Origin: Octopus bimaculoides
Taxonomy: Eukaryota
Reading direction: 5' to 3'
DNA length: 32,959 nt
Assembly: GCF_001194135.2 (NCBI RefSeq)
Contig: NC_068981.1
Location: 117,370,771-117,403,729 of the forward strand
Of the stretch, positions 12,195 to 22,961 are shown one piece after another (the first letter of the stretch is position 1; every line of letters starts with the position of its first letter). The notes under the pieces are model-generated. The model saw only the letters and a program-made list of their open reading frames with translations, did no database searches and had not been told where the DNA came from. Made by a program: the position numbers and the translations under genes.

Positions 12195-12995
12195 NNNNNN
12201 NNNNNNNNNNNNNNNNNNNNNNNNNNNNNNNNNNNNNNNNNNNNNNNNNNNNNNNNNNNNNNNNNNNNNNNNNNNNNNNNNNNNNNNNNNNNNNNNNNNN
12301 NNNNNNNNNNNNNNNNNNNNNNNNNNNNNNNNNNNNNNNNNNNNNNNNNNNNNNNNNNNNNNNNNNNNNNNNNNNNNNNNNNNNNNNNNNNNNNNNNNNN
12401 NNNNNNNNNNNNNNNNNNNNNNNNNNNNNNNNNNNNNNNNNNNNNNNNNNNNNNNNNNNNNNNNNNNNNNNNNNNNNNNNNNNNNNNNNNNNNNNNNNNN
12501 NNNNNNNNNNNNNNNNNNNNNNNNNNNNNNNNNNNNNNNNNNNNNNNNNNNNNNNNNNNNNNNNNNNNNNNNNNNNNNNNNNNNNNNNNNNNNNNNNNNN
12601 NNNNNNNNNNNNNNNNNNNNNNNNNNNNNNNNNNNNNNNNNNNNNNNNNNNNNNNNNNNNNNNNNNNNNNNNNNNNNNNNNNNNNNNNNNNNNNNNNNNN
12701 NNNNNNNNNNNNNNNNNNNNNNNNNNNNNNNNNNNNNNNNNNNNNNNNNNNNNNNNNNNNNNNNNNNNNNNNNNNNNNNNNNNNNNNNNNNNNNNNNNNN
12801 NNNNNNNNNNNNNNNNNNNNNNNNNNNNNNNNNNNNNNNNNNNNNNNNNNNNNNNNNNNNNNNNNNNNNNNNNNNNNNNNNNNNNNNNNNNNNNNNNNNN
12901 NNNNNNNNNNNNNNNNNNNNNNNNNNNNNNNNNNNNNNNNNNNNNNNNNNNNNNNNNNNNNNNNNNNNNNNNNNNNNNNNNNNNNNNNNNNNNNN

Positions 12996-13049
<54 letters not shown>

Positions 13050-13082
13050 CACACATACTCGTACAAGAATAAGAGGTTCCAT

Positions 13083-13208
13083 GTGATCCTAGCTGCACTG
13101 TGTCTGGGAAAATAAGCGGATGGTCACGGCCGGAGTGCTTTGATCATAGGTCAGCTCGATTACGACTGACCTTGGCCGATAGAACCACATCCGTCACACC
13201 AACAACAA
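13083..13208 (+). mobile_element. Dispersed repeat family C, 3' fragment (probable retroposon tail ending in CAA repeats)
   Basis: ggatggtcacggccggagtgctttgatcatagg shared with 14345-14375, 17075-17110 (-) and 25245-25260. Confidence 0.6.
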
Positions 13209-13365
13209 AGGGCGCACATACACCAAACACCAATTTTACTGTCACTCTTTCTTATATATACACCCACATATAGACATTACAACGATCATTCATACTGAGC
13301 GCGCACACACACATATGACGTAACTGGATTTGATACATAATTTCTATATTCAGCTATTAATAGAA

Positions 13366-14174
13366 TATCGGGTTACTTATCCGGCTTCCAGAAATCCGGA
13401 ATCTCTTAGAATCCCGGAATACTGTGCATTATTATGCAATATAATATTCCTTGAATTGAATAACAGAGCATGTTTTTGAATTTGGTTAATTTGCATACGT
13501 TGTGTTAATAATACTTTTGCTCATTATCTTTTAAAGTGCATTCACTTTAATTTTTTATCGTTTACTTGTTTCAATCATTAGACTGCGACCATGCTGGAGC
13601 ACTGCTTTGAAGCAGTTTTAGTCGAATGAAACAATATCAGTACTTTTTTTTCTGTTCTTGTTAAGCATAGTACATATTCTATCCGGATCTTTTGCCGAAC
13701 TGCTAAGTTACGGGGACGTAAACACAACGACACCGGTTGTCAAGCAAATACAGACACAAAGCCACACACACATTTATATATAATATAGATAGATAGATAA
13801 ATTGGTAGATAGATAGATACGTCGGGCTTCTTTCAGTTTCCGTCTACCAAATCCGCTCATAAAGCTTTGGTTAACCCGAGGCAATAATAGAATACATTTA
13901 CACAAACTGCCACGCAGTGTTATTGAACCGGAACAATGTGGTTGCGAAGTAGCTTCTTACCACATAGCCATGCCCGCACCTAATTTATAAAGATTAAACA
14001 TAGTCTGCTTCACAGTTGCATGAATTTGTACCTTGCTTAGAATTTGTTAAAAACAATTTAGTTCTTCACTTTTTCTTAATATATTTTATATTTTACATAT
14101 GTATTTAGCCTGCTTCCAGAAAAAAGTAAGATTCCAGAAACCCGGAACACTTCCGGTCTCAAGCTCCGGTACTG
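13366..14174. mobile_element. pogo/Tigger-like MITE interrupted by a family B SINE
   Basis: Left end cttatccggcttccagaaatccggaatctcttagaatcccggaa; right end ccagaaacccggaacacttccggtctcaagctccggtactg followed by TA. Both ends resemble Tigger4/MER46-type subterminal motifs (from recall); the left terminus is approximate. Confidence 0.6.
13553..13980 (-). mobile_element. SINE family B, full-length, internal (GATA)/(TA) tract
   Basis: Tail tttacttgtttcaatcattagactgcgaccatgctggagcac, body aagttacggggacgtaaacac, head cgtcgggcttctttcagtttccgtctacc...cttaccacatagccat. Confidence 0.92.
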
Positions 14175-14229
14175 TACTTCACGCCTGATATTTATGCTGC
14201 TCAATACATTTATGAGAAGAACAAATATC

Positions 14230-14392
14230 ATGACCTGTTAGGAATTGTAGCCAAATCTCCCTCCAGTTACATCTTACAGTTTTAAACAGAATAAATAACC
14301 GGATGATGCAGTTCTTGATACCTTACACCAATGGCAATAACGGGAGGGTCATGACTTGATGGCCTTTGATTATGAATTTACTCAAGCAGACG
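14230..14392 (+). mobile_element. Dispersed repeat family C fragment
   Basis: gacctgttaggaattgtagccaaatctccctc...gggagggtcatgacttgatggcctttgattatg; homologous to 25095-25322 and 17040-17240 (-). Confidence 0.65.
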
Positions 14393-14399
14393 AGGAAAT

Positions 14400-14618
14400 T
14401 AATGGTTCCAGTTTCTGAAGCTACTGGATTTGCTGCCTATATATTTCAAGAGTGTGCCCCCGGATCGCATCGCCACTGGAGTGGAGATGGCTCTCCGCAA
14501 ATGCGAGCCTCGTGAGTCAGAGTGGCTGTTCAAGCACATTGCCCTCGCAATTATTTTGGGCAACGCCTTTTCCATGTTGTCCGCTGGGACCATGAAGTGT
14601 ACTGACAGGCCATTTTAG
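14400..14618 (+). mobile_element. Probable CRE-like non-LTR retrotransposon remnant (C-terminal RLE endonuclease region, frameshifted)
   Basis: Two frames give WFQ/VPVSEATG and ..EPRESEWLFKHIALAIILGNAFSMLSAG..*, matching the FxPxAxETxG ... DxRExxFLFQRxSxAxxRGNAxSxL C-terminal pattern of CRE-type elements; GC content is above background; 3' UTR may extend to ~14910. Confidence 0.55.
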
Positions 14619-15038
14619 ATATTACTTGTTACTTATGGTATTACTTCCACGTTCTTGAAATATATAGACCGCAAACAGACTGACCTAGCCTTAAATAACA
14701 CTAATGACACGCAGTCGAATTTTCCTCTACCACCTATAGATATCAATTTATTCGTGGCTTTGTTTCAATATATTTCAGCAATAATAACAATAACATATGA
14801 ATCAGCATTAAATATTTAAGAAACTGTGACAAGTCAAATATATTTATGAATTACTGGAGGCGAAAGATACCGAACTGTCGACGTTGTAACTTACATGCCT
14901 CATCTGTGATGCATATTAGTGATATGTATAAAGTTAAGAGTTCAAATAACGCACTTACAAACAGCGGATGACGAAAATCCCACATCAGTCCAAACACCAA
15001 CATAAATACACACATACACAAGGAAATACGCCTAAGTA

Positions 15039-15040
<2 letters not shown>

Positions 15041-15128
<88 letters not shown>
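15041..15128. repeat. Pure (TG)n microsatellite, ~44 units
   Basis: Seen directly. Confidence 0.97.
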
Positions 15129-15136
<8 letters not shown>

Positions 15137-15207
15137 CGTGCGTGTAAGACATTTGCTCAACAAATTCCTATTTGTGAAATCATGTGATGAACCACTGTTG
15201 TATCTTA

Positions 15208-15607
15208 TTTTGGGAAGAACACTTAGCCAATGAGAAACACACCCAGGTTCTATTTCACTTTTTTTATCACAAATCGATCGAGTAGTTAACTGAGTAGCTA
15301 TATACCTAAATGATTTCTAGACGAATCCTGATTTAATTTATCAGCTACTTTCTGAGTTCTTTCATCACCATTTGTGACCTCGTCTACATACCTAGCTACC
15401 CCAGTTTTATCATATTTTCTCCAAATTGTTATTGCAGAACTCAGGCAAACCAAGTAATTGTTGAACGCCGATTATTCAGGTAAACAGTTAACTGATTGGT
15501 TAATTAGTTAATTATTCAAATTTAACGAATAACATGAAAACAATGAAAAGGAAGGGAAATGGAACCCGTGTTTGTTTCTTATTGGCAATATGACTCTTCC
15601 CCCCACA
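15208..15607. mobile_element. TA-flanked MITE with long (~55 bp) imperfect TIRs, ~400 bp
   Basis: Left gggaagaacacttagccaatgagaaacacacccaggttctatttcactt vs revcomp of right gggaagagtcatattgccaataagaaacaaacacgggttccatttccctt; TA at 15206-15207 and 15608-15609. Confidence 0.75.
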
Positions 15608-15652
<45 letters not shown>

Positions 15653-15673
15653 GTCTGTCTGTCTGTCTATCTG

Positions 15674-15726
<53 letters not shown>

Positions 15727-16037
15727 ACATACATACATATATATAAACAATATATGAGTATATGCATATATATGTACATGTATGTACATACCTTCATCTA
15801 TATGTACATATAGATACATATCTGGGTACATGACGTTGCAAAAGAACATGGACAAAATGATAAACAAGGTACAAAAAACAAGCAGGCCACATACAGAACA
15901 TATCCTTCATCATATATATATATATATATATGACAGCGATGACAGAGGAATGAATGGTTATCTTATGAATTTCATTAGCTTACAGCTATTACTGATATAA
16001 ATTGCAGTGGACTCAAAGCTGAGTGCCTTAATAACAC

Positions 16038-16103
16038 CTTTACAGCTTCATCGGGGCCTCGGATATGAAGAGCAATTCGCTTGGGAAAAAATTACATTTG
16101 TGC
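16038..16103 (-). CDS. Weak candidate internal exon: 16079-16038 (RIALHIRGPDEAVK) or 16103-16044 (HKCNFFPSELLFISEAPMK)
   Basis: Non-repetitive island with candidate acceptors ttttttcccaag| and tactgatgctgttccctatatag|, and donors GCT|gtaaag or AAG|gtgtta; no recognisable homology. Confidence 0.2.
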
Positions 16104-16312
16104 CTATATAGGGAACAGCATCAGTAATGGGGAGAGTCAATATGTATGCATATTCCTTTTTGAATATATAGGCATTTATCGTTATATGTTTGTCTATCCA
16201 ACTATGTGCATATACGTATAAGAATTTGCCCATATATGTATATATATATATACATGTGTGTGTATGTGAGTGTGTCTGTGTATGTGCGTGCTCGTAGATA
16301 TGCGAATTACTT

Positions 16313-16523
16313 CAGCAATCCATCGCCGTATCGTGGTTCACCCATCGCGCACTCAGTACTTCATGGATTTTTCTAGCTAATATATGTAAATTTATATCGC
16401 GACCTCCTCAGTACATCGCGAGTTTCTGCGGCTGATTGGTATTTATTTTTTTTTTTTTTAGATTTTAATTATTTCTGTGGGAGGTTTTGGAACGTAACAC
16501 CGGTGATAGTGAAAGGATTACTG
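16313..16523. mobile_element. pogo/Tigger-type MITE, ~211 bp, degenerate
   Basis: Left cagcaatccatcgccgtatcgtggtt vs revcomp of right cagtaatcctttcactatcaccggt; right end ...gattactg followed by TA; internal tcgcg motifs typical of CAGT-ended Tigger-like MITEs. Confidence 0.7.
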
Positions 16524-16576
16524 TATATACATTACGGGACAAAGCGAATTCAGTACAGTATATGCTGCTAATGGAC

Positions 16577-16687
16577 ACAACATGACTTCATAATCCTTCT
16601 GCTTGACATCTTGGGCAAATGTCCACTGAGAGACCCAAACCTTGTAACTGAAATTAGGTTGACGGAAACTGTGCAGAAGCCTGTCGA
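16577..16687 (+). mobile_element. SINE family B head, highly degenerate
   Basis: atcttgggcaaatgtc...aaaccttgt...gacggaaactgtgcagaagcctgtcg. Confidence 0.7.
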
Positions 16688-17039
16688 ACAGACTGTACTT
16701 GTAATTTCAAGTTCTGCACTTGAGACACACTGTGTCATGCTGATTCGGACAAATAGTTATGTTAAAGGTATACCTTTCAGTAAGAATACTCAGGCGTGTG
16801 AACATTAATCAGACGAGTCAGACAATGAATGCTCATCTACAAAACCGACGGGGATCAATTCTGCTCTGCTCATAATCCGAGACTAGGCTTGGGGATTTGT
16901 ACAACATGGCTGGCTCTGCTCAGCAAGAGCACGCAGGCTGATTGAGTCATTGTTACAGCGGTGTTTTACTGGCAAAGAGTCGGCAGTGGTAGAGGTAGTA
17001 GTAGTAGTAGTGATGGTGGGGATTGTAGTGGTTGACATT

Positions 17040-17240
17040 GTGGTTCAGATCAGCCGATTGTTGATCCGACTTTTATGATCAAGAATGTTCGAGACATGAC
17101 CATCCCATCTAGTGATATTTTCCCCTTTCCCCCCTCCCTAATTTTAAGATTTATATATGTAGGGTTTATTATCTAAAGTGCTTTCCCAATTTAAAAAGAA
17201 AACAACATGGGGCGATTTGCCTACCTTTTCTAGCAAGCTA
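17040..17240 (-). mobile_element. Dispersed repeat family C copy
   Basis: Minus strand cttgctagaaaaggtaggcaaatcgcccc ... gggatggtcatgtctcgaacattcttgatcata..ctgatctgaaccacaatgtcaac. Confidence 0.55.
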
Positions 17241-17245
17241 CAAGA

Positions 17246-17305
17246 AGTAGTAGTAGTAGTAGTAGAAGTAGTAGTAGTAGTAGCAGTAGTAGTAGCAGTA
17301 GTAGT
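17246..17305. repeat. (GTA)n/(GCA) microsatellite
   Basis: Seen directly. Confidence 0.9.
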
Positions 17306-17493
17306 AAGTCGGTAAGCAGTCAATTGAAGTAGTGATGTTAGCCGAGATCAGTAAAGCATGACTTTGTAGTAAGACCTAAGAACCGTGAAGTTGTGAAGAC
17401 TTTTTAACTTTCAAAGGTTCAATATAAATACATTGCTGTCAACAACGAACAATGTGTTCATAATGCATGTGTACAAAGGTGTGGAAAGGCGTG

Positions 17494-17550
<57 letters not shown>

Positions 17551-18224
17551 TGTGTGAAGCGTGTGTGGGTGTACTATATANNNNNNNNNNNNNNNNNNNN
17601 NNNNNNNNNNNNNNNNNNNNNNNNNNNNNNNNNNNNNNNNNNNNNNNNNNNNNNNNNNNNNNNNNNNNNNNNNNNNNNNNNNNNNNNNNNNNNNNNNNNN
17701 NNNNNNNNNNNNNNNNNNNNNNNNNNNNNNNNNNNNNNNNNNNNNNNNNNNNNNNNNNNNNNNNNNNNNNNNNNNNNNNNNNNNNNNNNNNNNNNNNNNN
17801 NNNNNNNNNNNNNNNNNNNNNNNNNNNNNNNNNNNNNNNNNNNNNNNNNNNNNNNNNNNNNNNNNNNNNNNNNNNNNNNNNNNNNNNNNNNNNNNNNNNN
17901 NNNNNNNNNNNNNNNNNNNNNNNNNNNNNNNNNNNNNNNNNNNNNNNNNNNNNNNNNNNNNNNNNNNNNNNNNNNNNNNNNNNNNNNNNNNNNNNNNNNN
18001 NNNNNNNNNNNNNNNNNNNNNNNNNNNNNNNNNNNNNNNNNNNNNNNNNNNNNNNNNNNNNNNNNNNNNNNNNNNNNNNNNNNNNNNNNNNNNNNNNNNN
18101 NNNNNNNNNNNNNNNNNNNNNNNNNNNNNNNNNNNNNNNNNNNNNNNNNNNNNNNNNNNNNNNNNNNNNNNNNNNNNNNNNNNTATATATATATATATGT
18201 ATATAATATATAATATGTATATAT

Positions 18225-18425
18225 ATTTCGTTTTGGGATTTGGCTTGCAAGTTTCTTTATGTGAGTTTGTGTGTTGAAGCATATTCTATTGTGTCTGGGG
18301 TGAGACATTTTTTTTTTTGTGCCTTATAATTTAACACTCTCACCGGTAAAATTTCCCCTTATTCTTTATTTTTATTTTCCAAAAAATTTCGTTGTGTCGT
18401 GCAACCTTTTCAATAGTCTTGACTC
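18225..18425 (-). mobile_element. Putative Penelope-like element terminal repeat fragment with a hammerhead-like motif
   Basis: Non-microsatellite block carrying the motif UUGAAAA-G-GUUG(loop)CAAC-GAAA at 18378-18420; family assignment is inference. Confidence 0.35.
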
Positions 18426-18738
18426 TTATATGTATATGCATATATACAGGCACACACACACACACATTTACATACATACATACATACATACATATACATA
18501 TCAAATAGAGAGAATAGAGAATTTTTTCCGTTCTGATGTGTAATTTACTTTGCAAAAGATAAATACCAGTTTTTGTAACTTTTATACATACCTCACACAA
18601 ATATAAAATCTACGTACAACTTTGTAGTACTGAAATAAGCAGATACGGCTTGTACATGTGTGTGTGTGTGTGTGTGAGTGTGTGTGCACGTGTTTGTGTT
18701 TGTGTGAATGTGTGTGTGTTTGTATATTCGGACATATA

Positions 18739-18776
<38 letters not shown>

Positions 18777-20023
18777 CATGACTATGTATACACACACATG
18801 TATGGTGTTCTGTCTATTTTGGGTATATATATATTATTAATATTTTTATCATCATCATCATCATCATCATAATTAATCGGCAGAACACCACAAAAGTGAC
18901 TCAAGGGCCGTGAGTTTTTGGCTTAGCTGTTATCAAAAAGCCCATGCATGAAACCGTCGCCACTTGGGTCGCATATGTGATGTTCTGTCACGTAAAAAAT
19001 AAGATACATACCTAAATATATACATATAAATATAAATGTAATTTGAAATTAGGTTGAAGTAATCTAAGTGTTTAAAATCATTACAGGATTGATCTTAGTG
19101 GTTGGATCTTATTTTGTTAATTTGTTTATAAATACAAATGGCACAATCAGCATCAATTGCATGGAATAGACATGTGCTTTATATGCAAAGCATCACATGC
19201 GCATCAATTAATATTTAATGTGTGTGCATGTGTGTGTGTGTGTGTGTGTGTGTAAATGGTATCAACAAATTTATTTCCATTTGTATACTTTCCATATTGA
19301 AGGCATTATAAACAGTTTGTATACATACATACATACATACATACATACATTCACACACACGAACAAATATACAGTACATACACACACATCAATACTCAAA
19401 TGTGAATATTCTTATATATATTTTTTACATATGTGTTTGTGTTATATTTGTATAATAAATATTTGTGTGTGTGTGAGAGAGAGAGAGAGGAAGTGTGTAT
19501 GTGTTTGTGGGTGTGCGCGTGTGGGCGTATAATATTTACAAATAAAATATAAATACGCGCAAATGTAATTTTATCGACATATTTGAATGTCTTGCGTATT
19601 TATTTAACTCACAGAGTGAAATACATAAAACTATGTAACAAAATTCAGAATTAAATCAGCAACAAGTATAAAAAAAAACACCATCAACAAAACATAAATT
19701 AACTACAAACATGTAGTTAACATATCAGATATACACAATAATCCAACATAACATTAAAAAAACTGTGAAACAGAGCTATGCTATCACGCTTTTTTCCCCT
19801 TCTTTCTGAAATAGGGTATTATTATGTCAAATATCATTCGTATAAGGGAATACTTAACATTTAAAAGAAAAGTGAAACATTTGTAACGGATGATATAAGA
19901 CAAACTAATAAATAAATAAACGAACTAATTAACTAGAAATAAACAGATAGTATGGAGTCCCTAACAGAAATCTATGTATATAGTTTCACTGTCTAATCAC
20001 AACAAATAGTATTCCACTTAGAA

Positions 20024-20253
20024 ATATTGCTTTCAAATTTTGGGACAAGGCTATCAATTATGGATTGGTGGAGTGGGCGCGGATAGTCGATTATATCGAC
20101 TTTCATTGCTCAACGGATATTTATTTTATCGACTTCGAAAGGATTAAAGGCTATGTCGAACTCGGCGGAATTTGAACTCAGGACGTAAAGAAGGACGAAA
20201 TACCGCTCAGTATTTTGCCCTACATGCTGACGATTTTTGCTAGCTCGCCACTT
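20024..20253 (-). mobile_element. SINE family A, full-length, diverged
   Basis: ttttatcgacttcgaaaggattaaaggc..gtcgaactcggcggaatttgaactcaggacgtaaag..cgaaataccgctcagtattttgccc..gctagctcgccactt. Confidence 0.9.
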
Positions 20254-20553
20254 TATTCCAGCTATAAATATTGTTGACAATGCAACTTGTGCTATCGTTT
20301 TTCTCCACTTGATCTATGTGAATAAAATGTAACTGCCTCAATGTAACTGCCTCAATGTAGGTGTTTGGTAAACATGTAAAGTTTAATAGAATTGATAAAT
20401 GTTGATAATGCCGATTCAGTAGTTTTCATGCATTTCTAAAGAGTGCGTGCATTAACTTCAGCTGAGTATCAAAACAACGGGGTAGTTTTACCCCTTGCCG
20501 AAGAGCCGATTCGATAATACAAGTACACGCGCACATGCTTGAATGTGTGCATC

Positions 20554-20620
<67 letters not shown>

Positions 20621-21025
20621 ATGTATATATGTATCTGTATATATATATATATATATAATATACTATAATTTATTGCATTACACATGCTTATGTTTGTGTT
20701 TATCCACATATATATGTATGTGTGTATATAGATATATGTACATATACCTGTATACACACTTACATATATATGTGTATATACACATACGTATATATATATA
20801 CACACGGGAATATATGTATATACGTATAGATGTATGTATATATATTTATATCTGTGTCTATGTATGTGTGTGTAAGGGAAGCCGTTTGATGGGATACATT
20901 CGACGAAGCATTTTATATTAACAGTAACCGATTGTAAAAATTACACACCCTGTTATAGATAGTGAGCACATGCGTACATATGCATATATATATGTATATA
21001 TATATATATATATATNNNNNNNNNN

Positions 21026-21195
21026 TATATACATTCATATACATACATAATTTCATACATATATACATTCATATACATACATAATTTCTTACATATATAC
21101 ATGCATATATATACATTCATATACATACATAATTTCATACATATATACATTCATATACATACATAATTTCTTACATATATACATGCATATATATA
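21026..21195. repeat. Microsatellite-derived minisatellite with higher-order structure (34+48 bp units, period 82, two copies)
   Basis: acattcatatacatacataatttc(a/t)tac at 21031, 21065, 21113 and 21147. Confidence 0.85.
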
Positions 21196-21562
21196 CGTAT
21201 ATAAATGCATGCATTTATGCTTATATGCATGTATATACCTATTTATGCATATATATGCTTACAGAATCAGCAGGTATATTAGCCCCCGGAAGAGCTTACA
21301 TGAGGTCGCTCGACTTATTAAAACTAACAATTCAAGGATTCCAATAAATCTGTGTAATCTATAAAGTCGTTTCATTATGTTAAATCTTACAAATATATCA
21401 TGGAATGAATTCCACAATTATGTTTACTAACAACGTAAGATTCGAACTATTTTTGTGACGTTTTGTTTGTTTTTGATTTATTTCTATAGATAACGTTTAA
21501 AAACAACAGCGAACTATCAAATAATTATCGATGCAAGCAGAAGTAACATTATAAATTTTAAC

Positions 21563-21860
21563 TAAGGCGGCGAACTGGCAAAATCGTTAACACGCCGGGC
21601 AAAATGCTTAGCGACATTCTGTTCGTCTTTATATTCTGAGTTCAAATTCCACCGGCGGTTGATTTTGCCTTTCATCTTTACAGGGTTGATAAAATAAGCA
21701 CAAGTTGCGTACTGGGGCCGATCTAATCGACTGGTCCCCTCCCCCAAAATTTCGGACCTTGTGCCTAGAGTAGAAAAGGATAAAATAAGTATCAACTGAG
21801 TACTGGGGTCATTGTAATCGACTTAACTCTCTCCTTGTGCCAAAGTTTGAAATCAATATT
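21563..21860 (+). mobile_element. SINE family A, full-length (21563-21780), followed by a second 3' fragment (21781-21860)
   Basis: taaggcggcgaactggcaaaatcgtt..gagttcaaattcc..gcctttcatc..gtgcctagagtagaaaagga, then taaaataagtatcaactgagtactggggtc..ttgtgccaaagtttgaaatc. Confidence 0.9.
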
Positions 21861-22248
21861 ATTAGATTGTAACTGCTCTTGATTTTGTGGCTTCGTGCCC
21901 TTCTTAGAAAGGGTATGGCTATATACATGACAAGTGGAACTTGCTTGGTGGTAGCTCAGGAGATATTCTAACGCAGGGTAGCATAGTCTAACCCCAGTGT
22001 GAATGCGTGTAAGACTGTCTCGATCAGAACAGGTTGATAGTAGTAAATCCTTGCAAACCATCGAATTTATGATGAACAGCTATTTTCGTGTGTTGGACAG
22101 ATCCGGTCATGAGCCGAGTCTATCAAGAAAATCGCCCCAAAATCTTAAGACCTTGTGGAAAATAAACGTACGCAATATTATCGATCATGATGACAGTAAT
22201 AACAACCATGACAGCAACAGGTAACTACAAAAACAACAACAATAATAA

Positions 22249-22469
22249 TTGTTTCTAACTGTTTTTCAATGCAAGTAATTTGAGGAGAGGGCACAAATCG
22301 AATACATCAACCCCAGCGCTCAAACTGTTACTTGTTTTATCGATCCCCCGAAATGATGAAAAGCAAGGTTGACTTCGGTGAAATTTGAACTCAGAACGCA
22401 CAGAGCCAGAAGAATTGCCGCTAAGCATTTGCTCCGATGCACTAACGATGCTGCCAGCGCACCACCTTA
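22249..22469 (-). mobile_element. SINE family A, full-length, diverged
   Basis: ttttatcgatcccccgaaatgatgaaaagcaaggttgacttcggtgaaatttgaactcagaacg..ctaagcattt..ctaacgatgctgccagcgcaccacctta. Confidence 0.88.
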
Positions 22470-22516
22470 ATAATAATGACGACGACAATAATAACAACAA
22501 CAACAACAACAACAAC

Positions 22517-22548
<32 letters not shown>

Positions 22549-22557
22549 TAATAATAG
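22470..22557. repeat. Compound (AAT)/(GAC)/(AAC)n trinucleotide tract
   Basis: Seen directly. Confidence 0.92.
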
Positions 22558-22730
22558 GTTTCAGATTTTGGCACATGGAACCCAGTATTCAACTGGTACT
22601 TATCTTATCGACACCGTAGGAATGAAAGGTAAAGTCGACCTCGGCGGAACGTCGGAAAAATGCTGCACGGTTTTACTGTTGCTTCTTTGCGTTCTGTCAA
22701 TTTTTACCTTTCATCTCCGCCGGTTTCAAT
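22558..22730 (-). mobile_element. SINE family A 3' fragment (-) abutting a degenerate (+) head fragment
   Basis: aactggtacttatcttatcgacaccgtaggaatgaaaggtaaagtcgacctcggcggaa, then aaaatgct..tctttgcgttctg..ttacctttcatc. Confidence 0.75.
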
Positions 22731-22921
22731 AAAAATAATAATAAAACAATTCATTAATCAAATATTGGCATCGATTGTATCACTTATTCTCTTGCCGTTA
22801 AAATTGCTGGCCTTGTGCCTAAATCAGAAAGCATTGCTATTATTAATAATAACAATAATAGTAGAAGTAGAAGTAGCAGTAGTAGTCTGTACTTTTCCTC
22901 AAAGGCATTTTTGCGTGTGTG

Positions 22922-22961
<40 letters not shown>

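Noticed and set aside
16800-16990. GC-elevated island with short ORFs (for example MLYKSPSLVSDYEQSRIDPVGFVDEHSLSDSSD* on minus)
   Set aside because: No family recognised and weak splice signals; cannot be supported without expression data
20490-20520. ccgaagagccgattcgata as a third hammerhead
   Set aside because: The core and GAAA are both mutated and stems I-III cannot be formed
21792-22224. 89-aa and 73-aa ORFs between SINE copies
   Set aside because: No motif recognised, and the first ORF runs into SINE tail sequence
22558-22730. Twin-priming 5' inversion of a family A SINE
   Set aside because: The (+) part is far more degenerate than the (-) part and overlaps it in consensus coordinates, so two insertions of different age are more likely
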